This document shows, piece by piece, positions 46,118 through 56,858 of a stretch of DNA of 64,000 nucleotides. Source of the stretch: Tetramitus jugosus (taxonomy: Eukaryota > Protista > Heterolobosea); assembly GCA_937625935.1 (NCBI GenBank), contig OW569390.1, forward strand, positions 323,380-387,379, read 5' to 3'. The position numbers were made by a program, and so were the translations under genes. The notes under the pieces were generated by a model that saw only the letters and a list, made by a program, of their open reading frames with translations, had not been told where the DNA came from and ran no database searches. The stretch's first letter is position 1; each line of letters opens with the position of its first letter.

Positions 46118-47737
46118 CTACAGGCAGGTGGTAATCCAGGTGTTGAAATCAAAGTTTGAGTTGGGTAGAAGATTAACTACAACATCCACAAACTCTGTCA
46201 ACTTTGCTCGAAGTTGTCTCGAATCTTGTTGGATCAGTGTACGAATCTGATGGGAAGAGAACTCGCTTGTGATAAGACGCGACATATCATGCCAAAATTG
46301 TTCTGTTATCGTCGTGCCAGTCTTGGTAGCAGGAACTACAGAGATGAGCAAGGTTCCCGTGTGAGAACATCGTTTCTTTCGAAGAACAGTCTCTAGAGTA
46401 TGAATCTCCTTGATCATATTCCTGTATTCGCTGAATAGATCTGGCAGTGCCAGATTTGACACGTTGACTCGCTGGCTGATGGCACGATTGATCGCTGTTA
46501 ATATCTGCTGAACTATGACTCTGTCCTTTTTCATGCTTGCAATGTTCTTTGAAATAATTTGCTCATTGATCACAGAGTACAATGTGTTCATATTGAAGAA
46601 CACTTGAGAACTTGAGGCAATCTGCGATTGATTAAATTGACGACATCCGTTCAACAATACAGCCAACGAAAACTCCAAAACAGTTTTCCGAATCGAACGC
46701 AAGCTGTTCAACTCTTGATCAATGACATGAACTCCAGTTGCTAGATATCTGCTCTTGTCCTTGTCATACTCTAATAAATTATTGTTCTCCAATTCATACA
46801 AATATAGGGCTATGTAGGCCATGCCCGATGGAACATCGGAAACCTTCGAGTCCAAATCCCTATTCACCCACAATGAAAATAACTCGTGATCCAACTTGTT
46901 TGACTCTGGTTGTACCGTTGTTTGATGATGATCTTGACTGGTCGTACTTGCTGCAGAAGCAGAACATAGCTGCACAATTGTTTTTTGAACTTTGATCATC
47001 GTTGTCAAGATTTTGTCCACAAATCGCATCATATCTACCGCCTGAATCATATTTCTCAATTGAATAATTCGACTCTGAATCATTCCACTGTAGGACTGTT
47101 GACCAATCATGTATCGAGTCTGCAATCGATTGACCGATGATTGCAATTCATTTACATGCTCTCTAATCGCTTTTAATTCATTCTCAAGCTCTGTACTGTG
47201 TAGAGCTACAGTTTGATTCACTAGTCCCTGTTCATGCTTGACCACCAATTGATGAATTTGTCGATCAATGTGAGAAATACCATGTTGTAGTCTCTCTAGG
47301 TTTGTTCTGTCCTTTCGATCATCATCTTCATTATCATCATCACCACCACCACCACCACCAATACCATTCTCATCATCACCATCACTCATCATTCCTTCAA
47401 TGTCGTTATCATCATGGTCATCACGAGTCACATTTTGATCATGTGTGTTTTCATCATCATCATCATTGGCAATCGATTGTTTTTTACGCTTATTCTTCTT
47501 TGTTTTCTTGTGCTTCTTCTTGTTGTTGTGTTCATGTTGATGTTGTGATTGTTTTTGATTATTGTTATTCGTGTGATATTGGAGCAAGTGAGTTGATAGG
47601 AAGGATTGACAGGAGAATTCAGAGTCTAGAAATTGAGCCAACAGTGGATCTCTTCTCAAAACAGAGAATTGATCTTGATTGTTGATCGTGGTGGACACAG
47701 TTGGAGTAGCTGTGTGATTGATGTTGTTGTTTTCCAT
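46118..47737 (-). CDS. COG5-like Golgi tethering subunit
   Basis: 'FLDSEFSCQSF', 'LERLQHGISHIDRQIHQLVVKH..LVNQ' and 'NQSQIASSSQVFFNM' resemble COG5 blocks. Confidence 0.65.
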   Translation of the reverse strand: MENNNINHTATPTVSTTINNQDQFSVLRRDPLLAQFLDSEFSCQSFLSTHLLQYHTNNNNQKQSQHQHEHNNKKKHKKTKKNKRKKQSIANDDDDENTHDQNVTRDDHDDNDIEGMMSDGDDENGIGGGGGGDDDNEDDDRKDRTNLERLQHGISHIDRQIHQLVVKHEQGLVNQTVALHSTELENELKAIREHVNELQSSVNRLQTRYMIGQQSYSGMIQSRIIQLRNMIQAVDMMRFVDKILTTMIKVQKTIVQLCSASAASTTSQDHHQTTVQPESNKLDHELFSLWVNRDLDSKVSDVPSGMAYIALYLYELENNNLLEYDKDKSRYLATGVHVIDQELNSLRSIRKTVLEFSLAVLLNGCRQFNQSQIASSSQVFFNMNTLYSVINEQIISKNIASMKKDRVIVQQILTAINRAISQRVNVSNLALPDLFSEYRNMIKEIHTLETVLRKKRCSHTGTLLISVVPATKTGTTITEQFWHDMSRLITSEFSSHQIRTLIQQDSRQLRAKLTEFVDVVVNLLPNSNFDFNTWITTCL

Positions 47738-48013
47738 TTTTTTTTGTTCGGTGATTTGCTTTTTGTGATGTTCAAAGATTAAAGCTTTGCCATGACAAAG
47801 ATAACAGGGAGAATGATTCCATGAAGCGGGAGAGATATAATTCGAAAATAAATGGTTTTATGTACACATAAGCTGCTTATGCTCTTTTGTCGCTTGCGTA
47901 ACTCTTTTAAAAACAAGTGATCGTTTCTTCTTCGGAAGCTTTCAACCTAAAACCTGCAGCACAGTTTGTTTTACTTGAAGATTGATCGATACAGAGAGAT
48001 CAATAAGTGCTCA

Positions 48014-48748
48014 TTATGTACCTATAGAGTGGAGAGACATAAAGATATACAACATAGATAGATATATAGAGAGGCACATGTTTTAATCCTGACATGTTCA
48101 AAACATTGGTTGGATGGCGATAGAGCAATAGATAGCTAATCATCCATCTTTTGATCACACACAAGGAGACAAAGGAAACACAAACAAAAACAACAACAGT
48201 GCAAGCAACAAGTGCGTGTAAATATCATGTGAGTGAGAAAATCACAGAAAACAAGTGATTGTTGTTGAGTGGTTCACTGTGCTTTTGATGCGAAGTTGTT
48301 TGAGTAGAAAATGAGTGTGTGTGAAGTGAGTGTTTGCTTTGTGCACTACTAACCAGTACTAACCATCATCATCTGAATAGGATATTGTCACTAACGAGTT
48401 GATTCCACTTGAAGCTGAACCTCTGGCGACGCTTGCTGTCACTCTGTTTGCTCTGCGCGTTGTGAAACAAAAAAAATTGCCCTGTTAGCAAATGTGCATT
48501 TGAATTTTACAAGAATAAAAAAAGGGCATGTGAGATTGAGAGATTGAGAGGTTTGCGTACCTGTTGATTGAATTAATGGACTCAAATGCGCCCATTGGGC
48601 TGGATGATGATGTCGACGCAAAATTGTTCATGTTGGAAGCACTTGCAAAGTTTCTTGTGCTGTTTGCACTCAATCCTCTGGATGCTTTGTTGCTGTTTTG
48701 TGCAATAAATCTTGATGCGCCTCTGATAACGTTGCCTCCCCTGAACAT
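48014..48748 (-). CDS. Small (~94 aa) putative mitochondrial peptide ending SDDDGT; exons 48748-48561, 48452-48364, 48021-48014
   Basis: Presequence-like MFRGGNVIRGASRF. Intron 48453-48560 (GTACGC...TGCTAAC...CAG), donor GTTAGT at 48363, acceptor TAG before G|GT ACA TAA. Confidence 0.6.
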
Positions 48749-48901
48749 TTTGTTGTTTGATAAACTTGGATTATTCAATGTAGTACTTCGTGTTTTTTGG
48801 TTTGCGAGATTTGGTGGAGTAACTTTGCATTTGTGAAAAAAACTTTGTAACGATGGCTGTCGGCGATTAAAAATTCCCCGCTCAAAGTTAACAAAAACAA
48901 C

Positions 48902-50524
48902 ATGTCCAACAAATGGCTAAAGAAGAAGTTTGCTGCGGAGGAAGATGATTCTTCTTCAGAGGAGCACTCTAGTAGTGAAAGCGGGAGCGAGTCGGATGAA
49001 GTCACAGACGAGAAAGTGGAGTTTGAAGGTTCATCAGATGACGAGGAAGAAGACAAGAACAACTGCACAACCAAAGATGATGTTCTCAATTTGTTATCAA
49101 TGATCAATGAGCATGGCTCTCTGAAATTTCACAAATTGGCGCGAAAAATTCAAACCGAGACGGACAATATACAATCGCGGCTTCAATCCGTGCGTTATGA
49201 CTCTGAGTTTGTGAGTGATGTGAAGAAAATGTATCCGTCGTTTGGATTATTTGCGAATTTGAGATGTGGTCAATGGTATTGTCCAAGTTACGACGATACT
49301 TGTTATTTTAAGAGCACTGATGGTCATTTTGGACAGTGGGAGTTTTCGACAATGAGATTGAATATCAATGTATTGATTGCCGCCTATCGATTAAATGGTT
49401 TGATTATTGTGGATTCAACGAGAAGGGGAAAGAGCTTTCCTGATGCTCTCTCAAAAACTGTTCCTATTTGGGTGTCTGTGATGAATCGTTTAATCTACCG
49501 ATATTGCGAAGGAGAGAATATGACTGTTGAGCCGGGTCTTGAATTGCCGTATTGGCTTTCAAGGAGTGAAGTTTCGCAAATTGAAACTCGCATGGAGCGA
49601 TTCGTAGCAACTGCTGTGGATAAAACGATTGATTGGAACGACTTTTTCAATAATAGACACAAGGAGCTTTTCACGTATATGTTGAAAGATTCTAAGCGCA
49701 TAAAGTACATGAGATGTCTCTGGCTGCACAAAGGAAAAGATATCGAGTTCTCAAATTTGTTAAACAATGACAATTTAGACTTCATCCCTATTCTTTGTGT
49801 GAGTGCTAGTGATCCTAATTTCCCTGAGAAATCGTTCAGTTGGCGGTATATTCCAGGTGCAGGTGATGATCATGAGTCCTGGTCTGAAGGATTGACGTCA
49901 CAGATGTTTTATACGAATGCAGACAATATTTTAGAGGATAGAATATCAGTAGAAGAAACTGAGAGAAGAGTTCATGCAATTGTACTGGAGAATGCCAAAC
50001 AGTTTTCAAAGGATCATTCTGAAGCGACAATGGTTGCTATAGGTCGATCTCCGCAACGCCTGTTTCTGGGGCGGAATGCTCCCCGGTATCAGTTTTCTTC
50101 GACAGAGGTATTTGCGATTATCATGTGCCAAGATCCCGATGATATCAAGAATCAGAGCATTGAGTATTCAGGTGCATTGCTGCGTTTACCCATCAAGGAT
50201 CACAAGAAGTACAAGAACTGTTTAGGACAAAACTTGTCTGCTGCCATCCAATTTGCGACACTTCATTTGGCCAAGGGTCATAATCTATTGATCACAGACG
50301 ATACTGGCAACAATGAGAGTGTCGCCTTGCTCGTGGGAATCATGTGTGCAACATTTGGAGATGAAGGTGCCAACAAGGATGTATTCTTGGGATCTGAATT
50401 GGTCGATCCCTCGCACTTGACTAAAGTTCACATTCGACAACGCTTGTCCTACATTCAATCCTACCACAACAATTCCAATCCAAGTCGAAACCTGATGAAA
50501 CAACTTAACAGATCCTATCTTTAG
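48902..50524 (+). CDS. RIT1: Initiator tRNA A64 2'-O-ribosylphosphate transferase (Rit1)
   Basis: Motifs 'ANLRCGQWY', 'YFKSTDGH', 'IVDSTRRGKSFPDALSKTVPIW', 'YIPGAGDDHESWSEGL' and C-terminal 'PSRNLMKQLN'. Confidence 0.95.
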   Translation: MSNKWLKKKFAAEEDDSSSEEHSSSESGSESDEVTDEKVEFEGSSDDEEEDKNNCTTKDDVLNLLSMINEHGSLKFHKLARKIQTETDNIQSRLQSVRYDSEFVSDVKKMYPSFGLFANLRCGQWYCPSYDDTCYFKSTDGHFGQWEFSTMRLNINVLIAAYRLNGLIIVDSTRRGKSFPDALSKTVPIWVSVMNRLIYRYCEGENMTVEPGLELPYWLSRSEVSQIETRMERFVATAVDKTIDWNDFFNNRHKELFTYMLKDSKRIKYMRCLWLHKGKDIEFSNLLNNDNLDFIPILCVSASDPNFPEKSFSWRYIPGAGDDHESWSEGLTSQMFYTNADNILEDRISVEETERRVHAIVLENAKQFSKDHSEATMVAIGRSPQRLFLGRNAPRYQFSSTEVFAIIMCQDPDDIKNQSIEYSGALLRLPIKDHKKYKNCLGQNLSAAIQFATLHLAKGHNLLITDDTGNNESVALLVGIMCATFGDEGANKDVFLGSELVDPSHLTKVHIRQRLSYIQSYHNNSNPSRNLMKQLNRSYL

Positions 50525-50757
50525 GTAGTGCACTTATTGTGCAGATAGAACAGATTTCCCTTTTTATGATTTCTCACTTGAGTTGTGGACAGTTATTATC
50601 ATAAGCATTTCGCAATGATATCAAAATCATGAGGACAGCATATGGATTGGGTCCAACTTTGAAAGTAAATAGACTATTCACAATCCTATCTTTAGACTCA
50701 GCCCAAAACCATTTTTCCACAACAAAACAAAATCAAGCTGAAACTAGATGCATCATC

Positions 50758-52455
50758 ATGAAGCGAGATGATGGATCATTGGATTACTGTGATCAATGCT
50801 CACAAAAGTCATCAGAAGAGGAAGACGATGAGGACATGATCCTCTGTTCACTGTGCGAACAAGCCTATCGTTACTGTTGTGTTGGTTTGTACGATGAAAG
50901 ATACATTAGTTATCGAAAGCGAAGCAGGAAGTTTTACTTGTTGTGCAGGCGCTGTTCAGAATCGAGGAAAGCAGAATTGTTTCCCAGTCTCGGTCAAGTG
51001 TTTGAAGCGACAAGAGAGTTGAGAGAGGCAAGGCGATTTCGAAATGAGTTTATTCCGCATGTGTATTGTGATTGTGGGACGACGATGCACGATGAAACGG
51101 AGCCAATGGTGGAGTGTAATGTATGTGGTGAATGGTACCACGAGTATTGTGTCAAAATTGATGTTGCTCGCATTGCGGAGCACGATTGTTTCATTTGTAC
51201 ATATTGTTCTCATGGAAAGGGACATTTGGTAGTTTCTAGTCAAGATTTTGATCAATACAAGGCTCAATATGATTTGATTAAGGTGGATTTATCTCGCGTT
51301 TCATGCCCGAAAAGAGAAATACGGGATAACATTATTGTCCACGGTTTAAAACGTAGGATGTTAGGTGATAAAATGAGAAAGTCTGATATGGAAGCTCAAC
51401 TGGTTCAACCATTTTCTTTGAGCTCGTACAGTAGATTTTTGTTTGACGAAGAACCCTGGGCCATGACTTCAATTCGGAATACTGATTGTTTTTGTGTTGG
51501 TACTAACGAAGGAAACATTGATGTATATGAGCTAAAAGAGTCAACAAATGGTTCGTCTGGGATTACTGATGTCGAGAACAATAATCGAACTTTACTCTCA
51601 AAAGGAACAACTATTACCTCGTGTTCAGGTTTCGCACACCTAACTACCTGTCCAGATTACAACAAATCGCTAGTATTTGGGAGTGATTGGTACGATTCGG
51701 TGATAACGGTAACTGATCTAGAAGTTGGAAAAGAAATTTACTCGAATGTTGAGCATACAGGTCCTGTTCGATCGTTTGATTACTGTAGTAGAGTTAACTG
51801 TATAATGACTTCCAGTTTTGATAAAACAATTCGCTTGTGGAATGGTCGATCAGGATTGCACAAATCAGAATGCAAATTAATGGCACACACTGGTCATGTC
51901 ACTGGTGCAGCATTTCTTTCTGATTATCACATAGCCACTGTATCTGAAGATTCGACCATAAAAATATGGGATATGAGAATGATATCTGAATATGGTGGCG
52001 AAAATCGAGGATGCATTCACTGCATGGATTTGTATGACTTGAGGCTCATTTCTTTGAGTTTATCAGATGATCGTTCAGTGGCTGCGGTTAATGTGGACAA
52101 TGGAAAGATACTAACCTTTAACAGTTCTGAGTTAGTTTCTGGGGCGGTTCAATGTCCGAGGAATGAGTTAGTGGGTCATAAGAGTCAGAATTGGAGCACA
52201 ATTCAGGCTACTATCATTCCTGGCACACACATTGTTATGTGTGGTTCAGAAGATGGTCATATTTGTTGTTGGCATGAGCCAAGTGCCACTCTTTGGAGAA
52301 AACTACTTCATTCTGGTTGCGTTTGGAGCTCTTGTTACCTTGATCCATCCAACGCAATAATCACAGCATCCAGTGATGGTAGTTTATGTGCAATGCACCT
52401 CTTCGGAACTGCAGCAGATGAAGTACTATCCATCCATGATCAACTCGCAAAATGA
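50758..52455 (+). CDS. Protein with two PHD-like fingers and a WD40 propeller
   Basis: 'YCDQC...MILCSLC...YCCV...LCRRC' and 'YCDC...MVECNVCGEWYHEYC...FICTYC'; WD repeats 'TSSFDKTIRLWN', 'SEDSTIKIWD' and 'GSEDGHICCW'. Confidence 0.82.
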   Translation: MKRDDGSLDYCDQCSQKSSEEEDDEDMILCSLCEQAYRYCCVGLYDERYISYRKRSRKFYLLCRRCSESRKAELFPSLGQVFEATRELREARRFRNEFIPHVYCDCGTTMHDETEPMVECNVCGEWYHEYCVKIDVARIAEHDCFICTYCSHGKGHLVVSSQDFDQYKAQYDLIKVDLSRVSCPKREIRDNIIVHGLKRRMLGDKMRKSDMEAQLVQPFSLSSYSRFLFDEEPWAMTSIRNTDCFCVGTNEGNIDVYELKESTNGSSGITDVENNNRTLLSKGTTITSCSGFAHLTTCPDYNKSLVFGSDWYDSVITVTDLEVGKEIYSNVEHTGPVRSFDYCSRVNCIMTSSFDKTIRLWNGRSGLHKSECKLMAHTGHVTGAAFLSDYHIATVSEDSTIKIWDMRMISEYGGENRGCIHCMDLYDLRLISLSLSDDRSVAAVNVDNGKILTFNSSELVSGAVQCPRNELVGHKSQNWSTIQATIIPGTHIVMCGSEDGHICCWHEPSATLWRKLLHSGCVWSSCYLDPSNAIITASSDGSLCAMHLFGTAADEVLSIHDQLAK

Positions 52456-52690
52456 TAGGGTATGACAGGACGGTCGATGTACAACTACCAATGGTGATAG
52501 AGCAGAACTTGGGGAGTTTTGTTGGGAACCTGAAGTCGTCCCGGTTGGCCACTATTTTTTCCGAGGATTCATTGTGGAATCTCTTTGGCTGTTCGCGCAA
52601 TGGTTCGCTGCCCATCCTTCAATGAGGTCCATGAACTCAACCGAAGTTCAAGCCTAAAACTTGAAAAAAACAAACATACAAAAGGCTGTC

Positions 52691-53329
52691 ATGTCGCCCC
52701 TTGCAGTTCTATTCATTGTAGCTCTCATCTCTGTTTATGCAGTGAACTCTCTCACTCTTCCAGTTGGCTTTACGAAAGAAAAGTCTGTTTGGCAGTACAG
52801 GATCTCAGATTCTGCAATGACAATGATGAGAATAACCACCCTAGCGAAGAAACACGGAGACAAGTTTGAGTGTATCCAAACACAGGCAGATGTTGGCACC
52901 CAAGCATTAAGAACACGCGATTTCGAGTACCAGACCATCCCTACTGCCCAAGGTTTGTACCTTAGAAAACAAAGAGAACAGATTCGATATGGAGTTACTG
53001 TTGAATACGCCTATGACCCACCAGTATTCAAGTATCCAACTGATAAACTTGCTTCGTTTCAAACGTGGTCACAATATTCGACTATCACAGCATCCATTGT
53101 TGATCAGAAGAATGTTGTAACCAAGAGTGAGCCCAAAGTTGTGGAGTTTATTACTTTGGTGAAGACTGTGGGAATAGTGATTGAGAACGAGAAGTATGGA
53201 CGATTGAACTGTACAGAGCTATATCAATCCGAAGGAACATTTTCTCAGACAATTTATTGGAATGACATTTACGGCCCAGTGCTTATCAATGAGGGTAACA
53301 GAACTGACGAGTTAAGTGTGTTTATTTAG
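52691..53329 (+). CDS. Hypothetical secreted beta-rich protein
   Basis: Hydrophobic signal peptide MSPLAVLFIVALISVYAVNS and an intact 212-codon frame. Confidence 0.6.
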   Translation: MSPLAVLFIVALISVYAVNSLTLPVGFTKEKSVWQYRISDSAMTMMRITTLAKKHGDKFECIQTQADVGTQALRTRDFEYQTIPTAQGLYLRKQREQIRYGVTVEYAYDPPVFKYPTDKLASFQTWSQYSTITASIVDQKNVVTKSEPKVVEFITLVKTVGIVIENEKYGRLNCTELYQSEGTFSQTIYWNDIYGPVLINEGNRTDELSVFI

Positions 53330-54206
53330 TCGAGTCTTAAAGAAAACCTTGTCCTCAATAGGAAAAAGCCAATCACCTTCTGTGAATAAACAATCCTAAA
53401 CATGTCCAGTGCGAATTTTTCCTGTAGTTGACCGTAAGTTGCTCTCCCGCGACTACACCAGTTGAATCCTGGAAAATCTTAATCACTAGCCAAGGATACT
53501 CTGCAATCAAATCAAATGTAGCTCTATCTGCATCAGATTTCAACTTTTCTCTCTCCAGTGTTTGCTCCTCTTCTTCACTCATCAGTCTCCTTCTCTTCTC
53601 TGGTGGTGAGGATGGTGGCACTTCTTCTATATGTTCAGCATTGGAGTCATTTTGTTTCTTCACTTCTGGCAAGGAAGACAATAGAGATCGCGACAATGTC
53701 GTAGCTAAGTTTTGGATAGCACCATGCATCTTCTTACTGATTCCTAATTCACTAATGTTGTTGAACAAACTCTGATTTTAGTTCTTCCAAAACTTCACAC
53801 AGCACCCAAAGAACAGATGGCTACAAGAATTATCAAGCCAGAAATCTGGGACAAGTACGTCTCCACGATCGAGCGCAATGAGATTGATGGATCTGTGTCT
53901 ATCATATTGGATTTTGCTCGAAGTGTCACACCACCAACGCCATGGTCGTCAACTCAAAACATCAACCTACTCTGAGCTGATACTCTTATGCTGTTCTTAC
54001 GAACAATTAACCAGACTCCGGTATTGTTCATTAAATTCCCAATCTGCAAAGAATAGCTATATTGGATGAATTACTGTAATGTCGTTTGTCCGATAGATAC
54101 CTGTTTGTCGGGAACAGAATCAACCGAGGATAATCGGAAAATAGGTAAACAAGGAAAAATCTCACGAGTCACAGGAAAACCACAAGCAAAAGACACGTCA
54201 AGACAT

Positions 54207-56858
54207 ATGACAAGCAGTGATCATACCACAACAACAACCAACGAGTACTTGACTCACCATGGTGTCACCAATCATCCACAACAAGAGTACCTTCATAATG
54301 AAGACCAACAAGAACAGCAAGAAGAACAACAAGAACATTTGTTAGACAATCCAGAACATGTCAGAGTCATGAACATTGTTCAAGCCTATTTTGTGGAGCT
54401 ATTTTGTCAGCTAAAATCTCACTTGGTCATTGAACAAAAGTGGATCAATGAAGGCAGAATTGAATTCAGAGATTTTTATCGAAATCGATTGTCTGTTTCT
54501 CTGCAGCGAAAGTTGGAAGCTTGTCCTGATGTCCAGGAAGAGTATGACAGTCTCATTCAACAAGCAAAGTTTCATTTGTTCAAAATGTATTTTAAAGAGC
54601 TCAAGGCGTTGCATGACAGTAGCAAAGCATCAATGAGGGGTAAGAGATTGAACTCTCTGTTTGATCGTGATCATGCCATCATACGAAAGGCAGAGCCAGA
54701 TATGGTGCCGAGTGATGATGAAGATGATGAAGATGACTTCTTGTTCTTCTTCTCGTCCGAGGTGGACCAGATACAGGAGGATGAGCAAGACGAGAGAGCC
54801 AACCAGCAGCAACAAGTCACAGTTTCAGATGTCAATGAACGCGGGCAGCCGTCAGATGTAGTGGTGGATTTGTATGATATCGTACAGCCAAAGGAACAAG
54901 TACATGTCCCATTGTCTGCTCGGATCTATCATGTATTATGCAAGGTGTTTCCGTTTCTTATATGGATTCCCGAGTATAGACATCATTTGGTAGATCTGAA
55001 GAGCGATATTTTGGCTGGAATTACTGTAGGTATCATGTTGATACCGCAAGGTATGGCATATGCTCTATTGATTGGACTTCCTGCCATCTACGGCTTATAC
55101 GCCAGTTTCATTCCTCTCATCATATATGCTCTACTTGGTACATCGAAACACATGTCGAATGGACCAACCGCTGTTTCTGCTCTTGCGCTCGCTTCTGCTC
55201 TTCAACAGTTAAGCACCAAGCCAGAAATGGGAGGAACATTATACATTCAGTATGCCTTATTGTTTGGAGTAGTTGTGGGACTAATGCAAGTAGCGTTTGG
55301 TGCGGTACAGCTGGGATTCCTCGTTAATTTCTTGTCATATCCTGTCATATCAGGCTTCACTAGCGCTGCGGCCATTTTGATTGCTTTGTCACAGTTGAAT
55401 AGCTTTCTTGGTACATCAATGCCTAGTTCCAATGGTCTACACAACCAGCTTGTTGATATCGTAGATGCGCTACCAGATATCCATTATCCCACTCTATTGT
55501 TTAGTGTTTGCTGTATTGCTTTCCTATTCATATTTGAGAAGGTATATGTCAACTTGGGTAGAGATCGAAGTGTTCGTGTTCTGAAGAAAAATCTCACCTT
55601 CTCAAAGATGCAAACACTGAAAAAAGTACCTGGTAGTTTAGCTCTAGTTTTTGTAGGTATTTTAGCTCTTTACTTGGTGAAGGTTATAGGTCGATATGAT
55701 TCGAGCAAGAATGATGTATTTGGCATTCGTATTGTTGGCTTTATTCCACCTGGCCCACCCTCTCCCGGTATTCCCAGAGTCCCAAGTCTCAATGGCCAAT
55801 TGATCTTGGAAATCTTGCAACTCGCATTCCCAGTTGCATTCGTAGGTGTTATCGAAGGATACTCCATTTCGAAATTCTATGCGATGCAGAAGGGTTACGA
55901 ACTGAATGCAAATCAAGAACTCGTAGCAATTGGAATGGCAAATTTTGTAGGTGCTCTGTTCAGAGCATTTCCAGTGACAGGAAGTATCAGTCGAACACCT
56001 GTGAATGCGAACAGCGGAGCAAAAACTCAGCTTGCAGGTATTATTAGTGCTTTGACAATGCTACTAACCTTATGGATCTTGACACCACTTTTCTATTATT
56101 TGCCGATGCCTCTATTGGCATCCATCATCATATATTCGTGTTCGAAGATTATAGATGTGAATCAAGCTAGGTTCACTTACCGAACAAAAGCACGCGATTT
56201 GATAGTACTACTAGTTGCTTTCTTCTGTACATTATTTATTGGACTAGTTGCTGGCATTCTCATTGCTGCTGCTGTGTCTGTGGTATTTGTTCTCCTGAGA
56301 TCCATGCGCCCAAGATTTAGTCAACTTGGAAGAATTCCAGGCACACATACCTACAACGAACTTAAAAAATGGAAGAACGCTCATGTCATTCCAGGCATAT
56401 TGATAATGAGGTTCGATGCTGATCTCTACTTTGCTAACGCTAGCTACTTCATCAGTGAAATCAAGAGGAGTATACAGCAATCGGTGTATCCCATCTTTGT
56501 TGTGGTTGTTGACTGGGCAAGTATCTCTCAATGTGACTCAACAACCATTAGTACTCTGGAAGACATTAATTCTCTCTTACAGAAGCAAGATATTGCTTTG
56601 TATCTTGCTAGTGTGAAAAAGACCATTAGAATTGTGTTGAAGCGTGGAGGAATCTACCAGAAGCTTGACACGTTTGATGATGTTCATAGTGCTGTTATTC
56701 ATGCAGAACATGTGATCCATAAACGAATTGTTGAAGCTCAAAAGAAGCAAAGAGAGGAGGAAGCAAACGAAGAGCAGGAGAAGAATATGAATCCGAGCAG
56801 CAACGGTGACATCGAACTGTCTGAGCGATCAGTTTCTCTCGATATCAGAGAAGAATAA
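54207..56858 (+). CDS. SulP/SLC26 anion (sulfate) transporter with STAS domain
   Basis: Motifs 'DILAGITVGIMLIPQGMAYA', 'GLYAS', 'GFTSAAA', 'NQELVAIG', 'GSISRT', 'LYFANAS' and STAS 'VVVDWASISQCDST'. Confidence 0.95.
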   Translation: MTSSDHTTTTTNEYLTHHGVTNHPQQEYLHNEDQQEQQEEQQEHLLDNPEHVRVMNIVQAYFVELFCQLKSHLVIEQKWINEGRIEFRDFYRNRLSVSLQRKLEACPDVQEEYDSLIQQAKFHLFKMYFKELKALHDSSKASMRGKRLNSLFDRDHAIIRKAEPDMVPSDDEDDEDDFLFFFSSEVDQIQEDEQDERANQQQQVTVSDVNERGQPSDVVVDLYDIVQPKEQVHVPLSARIYHVLCKVFPFLIWIPEYRHHLVDLKSDILAGITVGIMLIPQGMAYALLIGLPAIYGLYASFIPLIIYALLGTSKHMSNGPTAVSALALASALQQLSTKPEMGGTLYIQYALLFGVVVGLMQVAFGAVQLGFLVNFLSYPVISGFTSAAAILIALSQLNSFLGTSMPSSNGLHNQLVDIVDALPDIHYPTLLFSVCCIAFLFIFEKVYVNLGRDRSVRVLKKNLTFSKMQTLKKVPGSLALVFVGILALYLVKVIGRYDSSKNDVFGIRIVGFIPPGPPSPGIPRVPSLNGQLILEILQLAFPVAFVGVIEGYSISKFYAMQKGYELNANQELVAIGMANFVGALFRAFPVTGSISRTPVNANSGAKTQLAGIISALTMLLTLWILTPLFYYLPMPLLASIIIYSCSKIIDVNQARFTYRTKARDLIVLLVAFFCTLFIGLVAGILIAAAVSVVFVLLRSMRPRFSQLGRIPGTHTYNELKKWKNAHVIPGILIMRFDADLYFANASYFISEIKRSIQQSVYPIFVVVVDWASISQCDSTTISTLEDINSLLQKQDIALYLASVKKTIRIVLKRGGIYQKLDTFDDVHSAVIHAEHVIHKRIVEAQKKQREEEANEEQEKNMNPSSNGDIELSERSVSLDIREE

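Noticed and set aside
8843-48748. Apparent clustering of mitochondrial genes (SARS2, AcpS, EndoG, PPR-like, MMUT)
   Set aside because: They are interspersed with unrelated genes; there is no evidence beyond chance.
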